DNA of 64,000 nucleotides from a virus (taxonomy: Duplodnaviria > Caudoviricetes). The notes below the pieces were generated by a model. It saw only the letters and a list, made by a program, of their open reading frames with translations. It was not told the origin of the DNA and searched no databases. Shown piece by piece: positions 8,863 to 18,240 of the stretch. Made by a program: the position numbers and the translations under genes. The first letter of the stretch is position 1; the number at the start of each line of letters is the position of its first letter. The DNA is taken from positions 1 through 64,000 of IMG/VR virus record IMGVR_UViG_3300027563_000005, one strand, 5' to 3'.

Positions 8863-11800
8863 TACTTGATCTCCTTTATATTTAACGTTCCATCATCTAG
8901 TTTAGATAGTGTAACTTTGCACTTCATTCCTTCACGCATTTTTGCCAAAGTCATTTTATACATTGCTGGGAAGGCAATGGCTCTGGTCAAATTTTTATCT
9001 TTATCAGCAAGAACTATATGGCTCATTTGCTTACCAGCTTTTGTTGTATATGGGGTAAAGTTTACCACAATGTACTGGTCTTCTTCAAGATCATATTCTT
9101 TTCTGTATAGGTAGTCAACAAATAAATCATTAGAGTCTGGCTTAATGTCTGACACCTTTACGTACCTGGCAATTCTATTATCCCCTACAAGAATAAAGTA
9201 CATTTGTCCAGTTTCAATTTGAGTTTGTTCCGTATGAAATAAACCGACAGATCCAGTCTCATCTACTAGCTCTACTCTTGCCCACCCATTTCCTCGCTTT
9301 ATAGATTTAACCATACCAAACATTACAAACGAACCAAGGTCATCAAAATCATCAATTGGTTTTGCCTGAGACTTAATTCTTGGTGGGATTCCTTCAAGGT
9401 TAAAAGTTGGGATATTTAAATATTCGTAGTAATTGTCTTTTTCATTTCCTTGCCTTTTGTTATCATTAAACGCAGCACCGCCGATGGAGTTAAGAGCAGC
9501 AATAGCACGGCTATTAATCCCAGAACCTTTTTTCGATGCTTTATCAATAAAGTCAGCATAGTCACTGAACGGTCTTCTTTCTATTATTTTATTAGCAATG
9601 CTATCTGAAATAAATTTTACTTCAGCTAGGCCAAATCTAATTGCATTGTCTTGAAGAGAAAAATAAACTTGAGATTCATTAATATGTGGGAGCAGTACCT
9701 TTAGGCCTAATCGCTTTGCTTCAATTAAATATTCTGTTCTTGCGTCTTTGTCATTTTCGTTTTTAAGAATTGAGAACATAAATTCCAAAGGATAATAAGT
9801 TTTGAGCCAAGCAGTATAATAAGAAAGCATAGAGTAAGCAACAGCATGGGAACGATTAAAAGAATACCCTGCGTGAGCTTCAAAATCATGCCAGAGCGCT
9901 TCTGCTTTTTTCTTAGTAATGTGCTCTGAAGCCCCAGCAATAAACTTATCTTTGAACTGGTCGAACTCTTTTGCATCTTTTTTCTTTCCAATAATCTTGC
10001 GGACCTTATCAGCCTCTGCCCAAGTCATGCCGCCCAAGTGTACACATGCTTGCATAACTTGCTCTTGATATATGATAACACCATATGTGTTCTCGGTAAA
10101 TGGCTTCATGATTGTGTGCATGTAATCTACAGCCTCGTTGCCTTTTTTGCGATTAATATATGCAGCGCCCACCGTATTCATTGCACCTGGTCGAACAAGT
10201 GCATTGGAAGCAGCAAGATCTTCAAATTTATCTATGCCCATTTTGATTAAAAGATTTGTGTAGGGAGTTGCTTCTGCCTGGAATACGCCTCTCGTGTAAC
10301 CTTCGTTAAGCATCTTGTAAACATTGGCATCTTCCATAGTCATTTCAGAAAGATTTATTGTTTTGCCGTGCCTATCTTTAATTGATTTTAAAGTGTCAGA
10401 AATTACAGATAAGGTTTTAAGTCCTAGTGCATCTAGTTTAATAAGACCTATATCCGCAACCGTATCCATGTCGTATGCGACGACTGGAATTCTTCCTGAT
10501 ACTTTATCTTGGGAGTCTTCACGAGATTCTACTGGCGCAAACTTTCTTAAATCATCTTTGGCTACCACAACTCCAGCAGCATGTACTCCAACCGATCTAA
10601 TTCTTCCACGAAGTCTATCCGAAAGCCAGACTACTTCTGGGTATCTCAGCCTAAACTCTTTTGTGTTTGAAGAATCAATAAAATCTTCAAATGTATCTAC
10701 AGATTTTAGTGCACGATTAACTTCTTGAAGTGGAACCATAAACACTCTAGAGGCATCTCTAATAACACCCTTGTCTTTAAAGTAAGTGTATGTTGAAATA
10801 GATGCAACGTGCTTAAACTTTTTCTTTAAATAATCTTTAACTTCTTTTCTGCGACGATCTTCAAAGTCTGTATCGATATCTGGGAAATCGTTACGCTCCT
10901 CATTAATAAATCTAAAAAATAGAAGGTCATATTTAATTGGATCTACATCAGTAATTCCTAATGTATAACAAACTAAAGATCCAGCAGCGGAGCCACGCCC
11001 TGGGCCAACCATAATATTATTTTCTTTAGCCCAGTTAATCATATCTCCAACAACAAGGAAGTATGATGCAAAATTTTTCTTAGCAATAATGCCAAGCTCT
11101 TCGTTAAGCCTGTCTATATAAATAGGGTCTGAAGCCTTCTGAAGCCTCTCTAAGCCCTTTTCAGCCAATCCCCTTAGTCTTTCATCGGCATCGGTCTTTG
11201 GGACTGGCAGGAGGTCTAGGCCCTGATAGAAGTCATAGTCTTCAACCTTGGTAGCAATTTCCATTGTATTTTCATAAATGTCTGTTCGATTAATTCCAGT
11301 TTTATTAAAGTCTGCTTCTATCTCGGAACGGCTTTGAATAAATAAATTCATGTCTTGAAATGATATTCTACGGTCAGGATAAAGATAGTTAAATCTATCT
11401 AACATATCTTTCATATTTCTAGACATGTCAAAGTCCATGTCTTTATCTGCTTTTGGAGATGTGGATAAAATTAATAGTGCTTCTTCTAATATTCTGTCTT
11501 CTTCTTTAGCAAAGTGAGCATCCCCTGTTGCCACCGCCTTAATTCCAAGCCTGTCTGATAACTCTAGAAGGGCGGAGTTGATCTCCATAGGGTTATGTGA
11601 TTGCACTTCCACGTAAAAATCTTGTCCGAAAGTTTGTTTAAAGCCTTTGAGAAGAAGTTCTGCTTCCTCCATGTTACCTTTATCGATAGCCTTACTAATG
11701 AGTCCATTAAGACATCCGCTGAGAACGATAATACCTTCGCTATAATCATTTAAAATCTCCCTATCAATACGTGGCTTATGATAAAAGCCTTCATTCCAAG

Positions 11801-12137
11801 CAAGCTCTTGTAAAATATTTATATTCTCCAGCCCCTTTTTATTTTTTGCTAGCAAAATAATATGGTTGTAGGCTTGAATAGATTTATCTGTTTTAGAAGA
11901 TCTATCAAACCTATCGGTTGGAGATATGTACGCCTCAACACCAAGAATTGGCTTAATGCCAGTTTCCTTTGCGGCAATCTGCATATCTCTGTGTGAAGAG
12001 AGAGTACCATGGTCTGTGATTGCAATCGCAGTTTGCCCAGCATCTAGCGCTGCTTGGCATAATTCTTTAGGTGAATTTAGTCCATCCATTAACGAATAAT
12101 ATGAATGAACGTGTAGGTGTGTAAAGTTGTTTGTCAT
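8862..12137 (-). CDS. dnaE: DNA polymerase III alpha subunit (family C, DnaE-like)
   Basis: PHP domain HLHVHS...TDHG, GPGRGSAAGS, PDIDTD catalytic motif, HAAGVV, KLDALGL, YSFNRSH, C-terminal OB folds. Confidence 0.97.
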   Translation of the reverse strand: MTNNFTHLHVHSYYSLMDGLNSPKELCQAALDAGQTAIAITDHGTLSSHRDMQIAAKETGIKPILGVEAYISPTDRFDRSSKTDKSIQAYNHIILLAKNKKGLENINILQELAWNEGFYHKPRIDREILNDYSEGIIVLSGCLNGLISKAIDKGNMEEAELLLKGFKQTFGQDFYVEVQSHNPMEINSALLELSDRLGIKAVATGDAHFAKEEDRILEEALLILSTSPKADKDMDFDMSRNMKDMLDRFNYLYPDRRISFQDMNLFIQSRSEIEADFNKTGINRTDIYENTMEIATKVEDYDFYQGLDLLPVPKTDADERLRGLAEKGLERLQKASDPIYIDRLNEELGIIAKKNFASYFLVVGDMINWAKENNIMVGPGRGSAAGSLVCYTLGITDVDPIKYDLLFFRFINEERNDFPDIDTDFEDRRRKEVKDYLKKKFKHVASISTYTYFKDKGVIRDASRVFMVPLQEVNRALKSVDTFEDFIDSSNTKEFRLRYPEVVWLSDRLRGRIRSVGVHAAGVVVAKDDLRKFAPVESREDSQDKVSGRIPVVAYDMDTVADIGLIKLDALGLKTLSVISDTLKSIKDRHGKTINLSEMTMEDANVYKMLNEGYTRGVFQAEATPYTNLLIKMGIDKFEDLAASNALVRPGAMNTVGAAYINRKKGNEAVDYMHTIMKPFTENTYGVIIYQEQVMQACVHLGGMTWAEADKVRKIIGKKKDAKEFDQFKDKFIAGASEHITKKKAEALWHDFEAHAGYSFNRSHAVAYSMLSYYTAWLKTYYPLEFMFSILKNENDKDARTEYLIEAKRLGLKVLLPHINESQVYFSLQDNAIRFGLAEVKFISDSIANKIIERRPFSDYADFIDKASKKGSGINSRAIAALNSIGGAAFNDNKRQGNEKDNYYEYLNIPTFNLEGIPPRIKSQAKPIDDFDDLGSFVMFGMVKSIKRGNGWARVELVDETGSVGLFHTEQTQIETGQMYFILVGDNRIARYVKVSDIKPDSNDLFVDYLYRKEYDLEEDQYIVVNFTPYTTKAGKQMSHIVLADKDKNLTRAIAFPAMYKMTLAKMREGMKCKVTLSKLDDGTLNIKEIK

Positions 12138-12161
12138 GTCCGCCTTATTCTACTAAATATA

Positions 12162-12189
12162 ACAGGGGCAGTCAATAGACTGCCCCTGT
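12162..12189 (-). terminator. probable intrinsic terminator / hairpin after ssb
   Basis: Perfect 12-bp stem ACAGGGGCAGTC-aata-GACTGCCCCTGT followed on the minus strand by TATATTT. Confidence 0.7.
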
Positions 12190-12200
12190 GTTTAATTTAA

Positions 12201-12869
12201 TTACCAGTCAAGGTTGCTGCTTGTAGCTGAAGGCTCATCTGCATGAGTACTCTCTCCAGCGAAGAAGGCTTCTTGTTCTGTGTAAGGCATGTCACGAACT
12301 GCTGCGGTTTCAAGTTCAAACAGTTCTAATGCTGAAGCATCAAATGGTGCTTCATCTTTTGCTAATGGAATGATTGTGTAGCTTGTATCTGTTTTTGTTC
12401 CAGAACGCTTAACACGCCACATCAGATTAGTAATGCTTCCCATCTCGCCAGCATATTCAATTAATGTTGGGGTAATTGTTTTACCGCTTGAACCTTGAGA
12501 AAGAATAGCCACGTATGGGTCTTCTTTGCCATCATCAACAAGAACATTAATGTAAAGTCGTGAACGACCCTTCCATCCAGCCTTGTAGTCCTTGCGGTGC
12601 TGTTCACACCCGTAGCACTTGCCTTGATCTTCCATTATGCAAAGACCTTTTCGGCGGTAATCTTTTGGATTAGTATGCTCTACGGCAATAAATCCAAGAC
12701 CAGCTTTTTCATTGTATGTAGGTGAGTCGGGATCAAGCTCTTGCAAGAAACGAATCTTAACGCTTTCTGCATCCTCTAGCTTTACCCAACGACCTTTTGC
12801 TCCATCGCCATTTGATTGAGGCTTGTCCATAACCTTATTAAGGTCTTTCAGACCCTTTACTATTCCCAT
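12201..12869 (-). CDS. ssb: single-stranded DNA-binding protein (gp32-like)
   Basis: KIRFL, Zn ligands H...C...CYGC, KRSGTKTDTSY, acidic C-terminal tail ending in W; sits between primase and polymerase. Confidence 0.8.
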   Translation of the reverse strand: MGIVKGLKDLNKVMDKPQSNGDGAKGRWVKLEDAESVKIRFLQELDPDSPTYNEKAGLGFIAVEHTNPKDYRRKGLCIMEDQGKCYGCEQHRKDYKAGWKGRSRLYINVLVDDGKEDPYVAILSQGSSGKTITPTLIEYAGEMGSITNLMWRVKRSGTKTDTSYTIIPLAKDEAPFDASALELFELETAAVRDMPYTEQEAFFAGESTHADEPSATSSNLDW

Positions 12870-12911
12870 ATGTTTCTCCTTTGTAGTTGATGGTATACAT
12901 CCATCTGTTTA

Positions 12912-13916
12912 TTATTTATCATGGGCCCAAGATTGATATTCAATATTGGAAACTGCGTTTTTAATACAGGCTTTAATTTCCTCTTCGGTCATGTCGCCAG
13001 CATCTTTTGCATCATGTGGATATATCTTACCATATTCATACGAAGCCCACAAGAGGTCTTTATTCTTTAATCTGGCGGCTATGCTGTTGGCAAGCTCACG
13101 GCCAGCGTGATCAGAATCAGTCATAAAAGTAACTTTATTAAAATATCTATTTATTAATGCAATATTTTCTGTTGATATATTGCCACCAAGTGTTGCAATT
13201 ACATTGGGGAATCCAGCCTGATGCACACGGATTGCATCAAAGCTAGACTCTACAATAATAACATTGTCACCTATTTTTTTAGCACGGTGAATGTTAAACA
13301 TAGTTTTACTTCTTGGTAAATTGGTACTGTTCTTAAATTTCTTTTCTGATATTGATCTACCAACAAGACCTACTGGAAGGCCGTCTGGGCTGTGCACTGG
13401 TACTGTTACCATGTCTTGCTTTGGAGAGTAACCTAAAGAAAAATGCGCCATTGAAGACATATCAATTCCCCTAGACTTAAAATAACTTTGTGCTTTAGGA
13501 CTTGCAACTAAATCATTATATAGGTTTTTTAATATCTCTTCTGGAAATTCTACAAAGTCTGGCTTGTCTTCTAGCATATCGCTTAGGAGATCATCAAAGT
13601 TTTCTAAAGTCTCGGCCTCTTTTGAATATACATATCTCATTGCCTCAAAATCATTTTTATGCAGAACTCTTTTAACCAATTCTATTAATGATCCAGTTTC
13701 CCCACACGCTGGATTAAAGCATAGCCATGCACCAGTTGTTTTACTTATACTACAACTTGCGCTGTGTCGATTAGAATGGAATGGGCAATAGAAAGAAATC
13801 TCTATGTCTGTTTCACCAGCTACCTGTAAGCCAAGGCTTTTTACTATTGCCTTTATATGCTGCTTAGAGTATTGCGTGGTATCAGCTTTCCTTGCGTAAT
13901 TGCTTCGTGCCGCCAT
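12912..13916 (-). CDS. dnaG: DNA primase (CHC2 zinc finger + TOPRIM)
   Basis: CPFH...CFNPAC, IIVESSFDAI, DSDHAG, KDAGD; probable start MAARSNY at 13916. Confidence 0.93.
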   Translation of the reverse strand: MAARSNYARKADTTQYSKQHIKAIVKSLGLQVAGETDIEISFYCPFHSNRHSASCSISKTTGAWLCFNPACGETGSLIELVKRVLHKNDFEAMRYVYSKEAETLENFDDLLSDMLEDKPDFVEFPEEILKNLYNDLVASPKAQSYFKSRGIDMSSMAHFSLGYSPKQDMVTVPVHSPDGLPVGLVGRSISEKKFKNSTNLPRSKTMFNIHRAKKIGDNVIIVESSFDAIRVHQAGFPNVIATLGGNISTENIALINRYFNKVTFMTDSDHAGRELANSIAARLKNKDLLWASYEYGKIYPHDAKDAGDMTEEEIKACIKNAVSNIEYQSWAHDK

Positions 13917-14143
13917 GCCGTCTTCTTTCCTACATAGGTTCCATAGAGTGTCATTAAGAACATCCATGTTGTGCCATCAAATTCTACCGAAAAGTTAGTG
14001 TCTATGTCAAGTACCCTAAGGTAGCCTTTATCTCTCATTTGGTGCGTAAGCATACTTTCATATTGATACTTAACGCGAACCATATCAGAGTCATCTAAAA
14101 ATTCAACTCTAACCTGGAATCTTTTTATCGGCTTGTGATTCAT
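13853..14143 (-). CDS. hypothetical protein
   Basis: ORF overlapping helicase and primase genes; probable start MNHKPIKR. Confidence 0.65.
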   Translation of the reverse strand: MNHKPIKRFQVRVEFLDDSDMVRVKYQYESMLTHQMRDKGYLRVLDIDTNFSVEFDGTTWMFLMTLYGTYVGKKTAWRHEAITQGKLIPRNTLSSI

Positions 14144-15371
14144 TATTTTGGAACGGATTCTCATAAATCTCTTTGACGATACCCCTGTTGATATCCCAAT
14201 CTAAGTATAAACCAAATTCATGTCCATGTCGATTTTTGCGAGAAACAATCTCAATCATATTTGTTCCTGGGTACTTATGGACAGCCATTGCCATGTCTGC
14301 ATCATACTCAATAGCTTTTGACCAAGCAACCTGAGACATCATTGGTGGGTTGTCTTGATCCGACACATCATCAGCGGTTGCTGCTGTAATATCAATGATA
14401 GGGATATTATTAGAAACAGCTAACATTTTAAATTCACGAGAAACGTTTCTATTTCTTTCAACTTCAGAGTTGCTTCTCTTATTATCATTAAATAGTTGAT
14501 GGTAATCAAGAATAACTAAATCTGGCTTGTGCTGATCAATCTTTCCTTGAATTGTTGCTGGGGTTACTTCTGTAGTTCCTTCGCTTGAAATTAAAATAAA
14601 ACCATTTTTATCTGCAAACTTGCTAGATGACCATGAACGGAAACTATCAATATTAATATCTCCCCTAGAAAAATCAGATGCTTTAAATAAACCAGAGCCA
14701 AGCATTGTATAAATGCGATCTCGCATATTTTCTGGTGACATTTCAAGAGACACAATCATTGGTTTAAATCCTTGTTCCCAAGCCTTACACGCAAGATAAG
14801 AAGTAAACCAGGTCTTACCACGGCCTGGCCAGCCAATAGCAACGATAAGGTGTCCTGGAGCCATACCTGTTGGGTATGCCAAATCTATTGCCTCAAAACC
14901 AGTCTTGATGCCTGGAGATCCTCCCATTTCGGCAGAGCGTACCCTTAATAACTCCATGTGTCTAATTGCTGCATCTGCATCTGTGATGTCTAGGTCTCGC
15001 ACGTTATTTGTAAATCTACTAAGACCAGCCAATTGAGACTGCATATTCTCAAGAACTCTTGAGGCAGCATCTTCTTTAAGTGATGATCCAGCACGGAGAA
15101 TAATAGTCTTAAGTTTGTTTGAAATAAATTCATTCTTAAGTGTGTCTAGGTAGTATCCTGTTTGGCCTTTAACATCTACTGGCTCAAAGTCTTTAAACTT
15201 TTCTTGTAGGATTCCTGCTTCTGGAACGGCTTTAAACTTATAGTAGTATGACTTTAGACCGTCCCAAATATCTTTATGTGATGTAAATAGATCATCTACG
15301 TTATCCGCAAGGAGTGTACTAATGTCTTTATTTTTGCATACCGCTGAGATTAACTCTGCTTCTGTATTCAC
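14109..15371 (-). CDS. dnaB: DnaB-like replicative helicase
   Basis: GWPGRGKT Walker A, SLEM, VILDYHQL, IEYDAD, KNRHG arginine finger. Confidence 0.95.
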   Translation of the reverse strand: MNTEAELISAVCKNKDISTLLADNVDDLFTSHKDIWDGLKSYYYKFKAVPEAGILQEKFKDFEPVDVKGQTGYYLDTLKNEFISNKLKTIILRAGSSLKEDAASRVLENMQSQLAGLSRFTNNVRDLDITDADAAIRHMELLRVRSAEMGGSPGIKTGFEAIDLAYPTGMAPGHLIVAIGWPGRGKTWFTSYLACKAWEQGFKPMIVSLEMSPENMRDRIYTMLGSGLFKASDFSRGDINIDSFRSWSSSKFADKNGFILISSEGTTEVTPATIQGKIDQHKPDLVILDYHQLFNDNKRSNSEVERNRNVSREFKMLAVSNNIPIIDITAATADDVSDQDNPPMMSQVAWSKAIEYDADMAMAVHKYPGTNMIEIVSRKNRHGHEFGLYLDWDINRGIVKEIYENPFQNNESQADKKIPG

Positions 15372-15691
15372 TCTAGTCCGCCTTGCTCTACCATCTTCTT
15401 CGTTTCCTCTAGTAACAAACGACGCTTTGCCTTATCCTTTTCAATCTCAGTCCTGACTGTATCCATCTTGTCAAAGTTGTATAAAAAGAACTGGATAGTA
15501 TGTCCGTGCTTTGTTAGATTGAAATAGTATTCAAGCAACTCTTTAGCACGATCAAATCCTACACTATCAATCACATCTTGCATAGCCCATTTTTCACGGA
15601 ACTTGTTTATTGATGGAGCCTTACCATACTTCTCTTTGTAAAGGTTTTGATAGAGAGAGAGAAGGATATATGGCTCTTTGCTATTTGCCAC
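15368..15691 (-). CDS. hypothetical protein (replication-associated)
   Basis: 107-aa ORF coupled to dnaB. Confidence 0.7.
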   Translation of the reverse strand: MANSKEPYILLSLYQNLYKEKYGKAPSINKFREKWAMQDVIDSVGFDRAKELLEYYFNLTKHGHTIQFFLYNFDKMDTVRTEIEKDKAKRRLLLEETKKMVEQGGLE

Positions 15692-15884
15692 GCTTTAGCT
15701 CTTCCTCAACCTCTTCTGTTTTTTGAATTAGTTTGTTCTCAACAAAAGCATATACTCGCTCTGTTGCAGCTTCTACTGTCTCGCCTTGCCTTACATCATC
15801 TTCAATGCCTACACCAATCTTAATGCTTTCATAGTTACCAAGATTTCTAGTAAAGGAAAGATCTACTTTTACTCTCGTTGTCAT
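15681..15884 (-). CDS. hypothetical protein
   Basis: 67 aa with TRNLGNYESIKI motif typical of a small phage protein family. Confidence 0.7.
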   Translation of the reverse strand: MTTRVKVDLSFTRNLGNYESIKIGVGIEDDVRQGETVEAATERVYAFVENKLIQKTEEVEEELKRGK

Positions 15885-15994
15885 TTGTGTTCCGCCTTCT
15901 TATGTCTACTAAGTGTATCGCTAGCAAATATGCCCCAACGAACTTCTATTTCCCGCTTACAGATATCGCAAGTCACCGATCTACTTTTTTCCAT
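15881..15994 (-). CDS. 37-aa C2H2/BED-like zinc-finger microprotein (not in ORF track)
   Basis: MEKSRSVTCDICKREIEVRWGIFASDTLSRHKKAEHK; C-x2-C-x18-H-x4-H; stop overlaps next ATG. Confidence 0.6.
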   Translation of the reverse strand: MEKSRSVTCDICKREIEVRWGIFASDTLSRHKKAEHK

Positions 15995-16112
15995 CTTCAA
16001 CCTTTTTTACTATCACAGGGCCGTTCTTAGAATTCCAGTATTCAACTTCTGCTTCACGCTTGCGTTTTTTTGCAGCGCCTGTCTCAAGTGTATAACGTGC
16101 CATTTCAGCCAT
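15981..16112 (-). CDS. 43-aa basic microprotein (not in ORF track)
   Basis: MAEMARYTLETGAAKKRKREAEVEYWNSKNGPVIVKKVEDGKK; TAATG overlap with upstream gene. Confidence 0.55.
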   Translation of the reverse strand: MAEMARYTLETGAAKKRKREAEVEYWNSKNGPVIVKKVEDGKK

Positions 16113-16597
16113 TACTCCGCCTTCCATACTGGGACAAACTTTCCGTCTTCTGTCTTAGTATACAATACTAAGTTGTTTTTGAGAAGGGCTTGAACCTCTG
16201 CCTTTGAAGGAATTTCTTTTGAGTGTCCTGAATCTAATATGTGTTGGTGTATATCTAATATGTTCTTTTGATTAAACATATACTGAGACCAATTTTCGCT
16301 ATCTGGTTGTCCTATCGGATATATCTTTTGAGGGGTGGAAACCTTTTCATTTAATATATATTCTTGTATAGTTACCCTATGCTTGTTAAGCATAGAGGCA
16401 ACTTCTACAACAGTGTATGCTGTTTCCATATTCTTTTTAACTTGAGAATATGAATACATAACTCTCTTTTTGTCTGGGTAGCACCAAGCAATCATTTCAT
16501 CCTTTGATCTGGATGCTTTTAAAACCTTATGTATCTTATCGTTTAAGAAGAAATACCGTAAGCTTTTTGATTTGCCGTCTCTTTTGATTCCAGCCAT
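16112..16597 (-). CDS. HTH (MerR/excisionase-like) DNA-binding protein
   Basis: AYTVVEVASMLNKHRVTIQEY winged-HTH-like segment. Confidence 0.7.
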   Translation of the reverse strand: MAGIKRDGKSKSLRYFFLNDKIHKVLKASRSKDEMIAWCYPDKKRVMYSYSQVKKNMETAYTVVEVASMLNKHRVTIQEYILNEKVSTPQKIYPIGQPDSENWSQYMFNQKNILDIHQHILDSGHSKEIPSKAEVQALLKNNLVLYTKTEDGKFVPVWKAE

Positions 16598-16728
16598 TTT
16601 CCGAAAGCACTCGTTTCTTTATTGCACATCCAGCGTTTGCCGCACATGATACAGAATAATTCCATATGTAGTTTTTGAGAAAACACTCTGTCTACAAAAA
16701 CTCTTCCACCACATTTTCCGCACCACAT
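16543..16728 (-). CDS. small Zn-ribbon protein
   Basis: CGKCGG ... CIMCG. Confidence 0.7.
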   Translation of the reverse strand: MWCGKCGGRVFVDRVFSQKLHMELFCIMCGKRWMCNKETSAFGKWLESKETANQKAYGISS

Positions 16729-17528
16729 TATAGTGTAATCAGCTTCCCGTCAACAACACATGAATAGTCTGGGGCAACATGTATCATGTTGATGTGTGGA
16801 TAATCATTAACTATATGTGCTACGGCAAAACCTTTTTGCCAGTCGTGGTGTTGCATATACTTCATTCCTGGACCCTTTTCGTCACACATATGACCAAGTT
16901 CATAGCCTCGAAGTGTTTCTCCTTCTCCGCCGTTTCGTAATTCATAAGTAACTAGGTGGGATGCAATTCTGTGAGAGTGACCTCGAATTAAAGATACCTG
17001 TAGGTCTTCCATGTCCTTGCGAACAGAACCAGTCGCTGCAATTGAGAGTCCATGGTGTACGTGGATATCTCCGAAACGGCGCTTAGGCAATTCGTTATAG
17101 TGAATATATTCATAACCCAAAGAGTCTAATCCCCAAAGTGCTTCTGGAGTTACCTCATTAATATAGTCAGGAAGCTTTGCATCTACATAATTAAAAATTC
17201 TAACATCGTGGTTTCCTAGTGCTGAAAACAGTTGCGCTTCTGGCAACATCTCTCGTGTCTTTGTATAAAAATCTCTTGCACCTTTTGCTTCATGGCGCAT
17301 CATTGGAACAATTAGATCTCGACTATCTGTCTTATGAAGATTTAAAAATTCTGCAGATCTACCTTCTGTGTACTTGCTATAGCATGCCTGATCATCTGTA
17401 TCTCCTAGGTAGTCAACGACATCTGGCTTAAACCATTTCATTACTTTAAACCAAAGTGCGATCATCTTGTCATCCTGATATGGGAACTGCTGGTCGGATG
17501 AAATCATCCACTTTAAATCGTTGCTCAT
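16728..17528 (-). CDS. calcineurin-like metallophosphoesterase
   Basis: SDQQ, LGDTDD, GNHD, HHG, GHSH motifs. Confidence 0.9.
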   Translation of the reverse strand: MSNDLKWMISSDQQFPYQDDKMIALWFKVMKWFKPDVVDYLGDTDDQACYSKYTEGRSAEFLNLHKTDSRDLIVPMMRHEAKGARDFYTKTREMLPEAQLFSALGNHDVRIFNYVDAKLPDYINEVTPEALWGLDSLGYEYIHYNELPKRRFGDIHVHHGLSIAATGSVRKDMEDLQVSLIRGHSHRIASHLVTYELRNGGEGETLRGYELGHMCDEKGPGMKYMQHHDWQKGFAVAHIVNDYPHINMIHVAPDYSCVVDGKLITL

Positions 17529-17544
17529 TGTCTACCTTAATATG

Positions 17545-17570
17545 TAAAAAAGTCACGGGTACGTGACTTT
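17545..17570 (-). terminator. hairpin plus U-tract (terminator/attenuator or operator)
   Basis: Minus strand AAAGTCACG-tacc-CGTGACTTT followed by further Ts. Confidence 0.5.
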
Positions 17571-17582
17571 GATGTTACATTT

Positions 17583-17610
17583 ATTGTAACATATTGGTGA
17601 TGGTTGTCAA
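17583..17610 (-). promoter_or_regulatory. near-consensus sigma70/HrdB-type promoter for the replication module
   Basis: TTGACA-16 nt-TACAAT with extended TG; -10 overlaps the inverted repeat ATGTTACA-N5-TGTAACAT (17572-17592). Confidence 0.7.
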
Positions 17611-17616
17611 TAGGTT

Positions 17617-18057
17617 TTATATGGCGTCTGTTGCAAAAACATCAAAATATAATGTTGCTTTTGTTCCGCCAGAACCACTTCTCATATAAAAAACAGCCTT
17701 GTCTTTGGTTACAGAAAAAGTTGTTGGGTGAATTCTAAGCTGTGTTTGATCTAGTTTTTGCTTGTTAACATTTACTTGTAACCAAACTCTAGGAGCTTTT
17801 GTAAATAGGCCAGTTGGGAACGTTACTTCAATTTTTCCAGATGGGTAATTTGTAGGAATAATGTCACATTTTACAAGTCCTTGGCTCCAGATTCTACCTG
17901 AAACGGATTGATCTTTTCCTTCTTCTTCAGCATTTTGCAATATAATGCTTTGTGCTGTGCTTTGTTTATTAACTGCCTCTAAATCTATAATAAGATTATT
18001 AATGATCTCTGCTGTTACTGGGTCTCCCGCAGTTATAGCCCTTGACTTTATTGCCAT
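17617..18057 (-). CDS. small tail-associated / fibre-tip-like protein
   Basis: GDPVTAEIINNL N-terminus and VTFPTGLFTKAPRV beta-rich C-terminus; end of tail operon. Confidence 0.55.
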   Translation of the reverse strand: MAIKSRAITAGDPVTAEIINNLIIDLEAVNKQSTAQSIILQNAEEEGKDQSVSGRIWSQGLVKCDIIPTNYPSGKIEVTFPTGLFTKAPRVWLQVNVNKQKLDQTQLRIHPTTFSVTKDKAVFYMRSGSGGTKATLYFDVFATDAI

Positions 18058-18059
18058 TA

Positions 18060-18212
18060 TTACTCCTTTATTGGTTCCGCTGGAACTTCTTGTTTTGCTT
18101 CTGTAAGCTGTGTTATCTCAGCACGAAGAATTGCAATATGGGTCTCATATTGTGAGACAATCTCTCCAATGCGTTGCTGTAACGCAGTTATAACTAGTTC
18201 TGTTTTATCCAT
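18060..18212 (-). CDS. 50-aa coiled-coil protein (not in ORF track)
   Basis: MDKTELVITALQQRIGEIVSQYETHIAILRAEITQLTEAKQEVPAEPIKE with AAGGAG RBS. Confidence 0.75.
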   Translation of the reverse strand: MDKTELVITALQQRIGEIVSQYETHIAILRAEITQLTEAKQEVPAEPIKE

Positions 18213-18240
18213 TATATCTCCTTGATAGATTTAAAGTATA

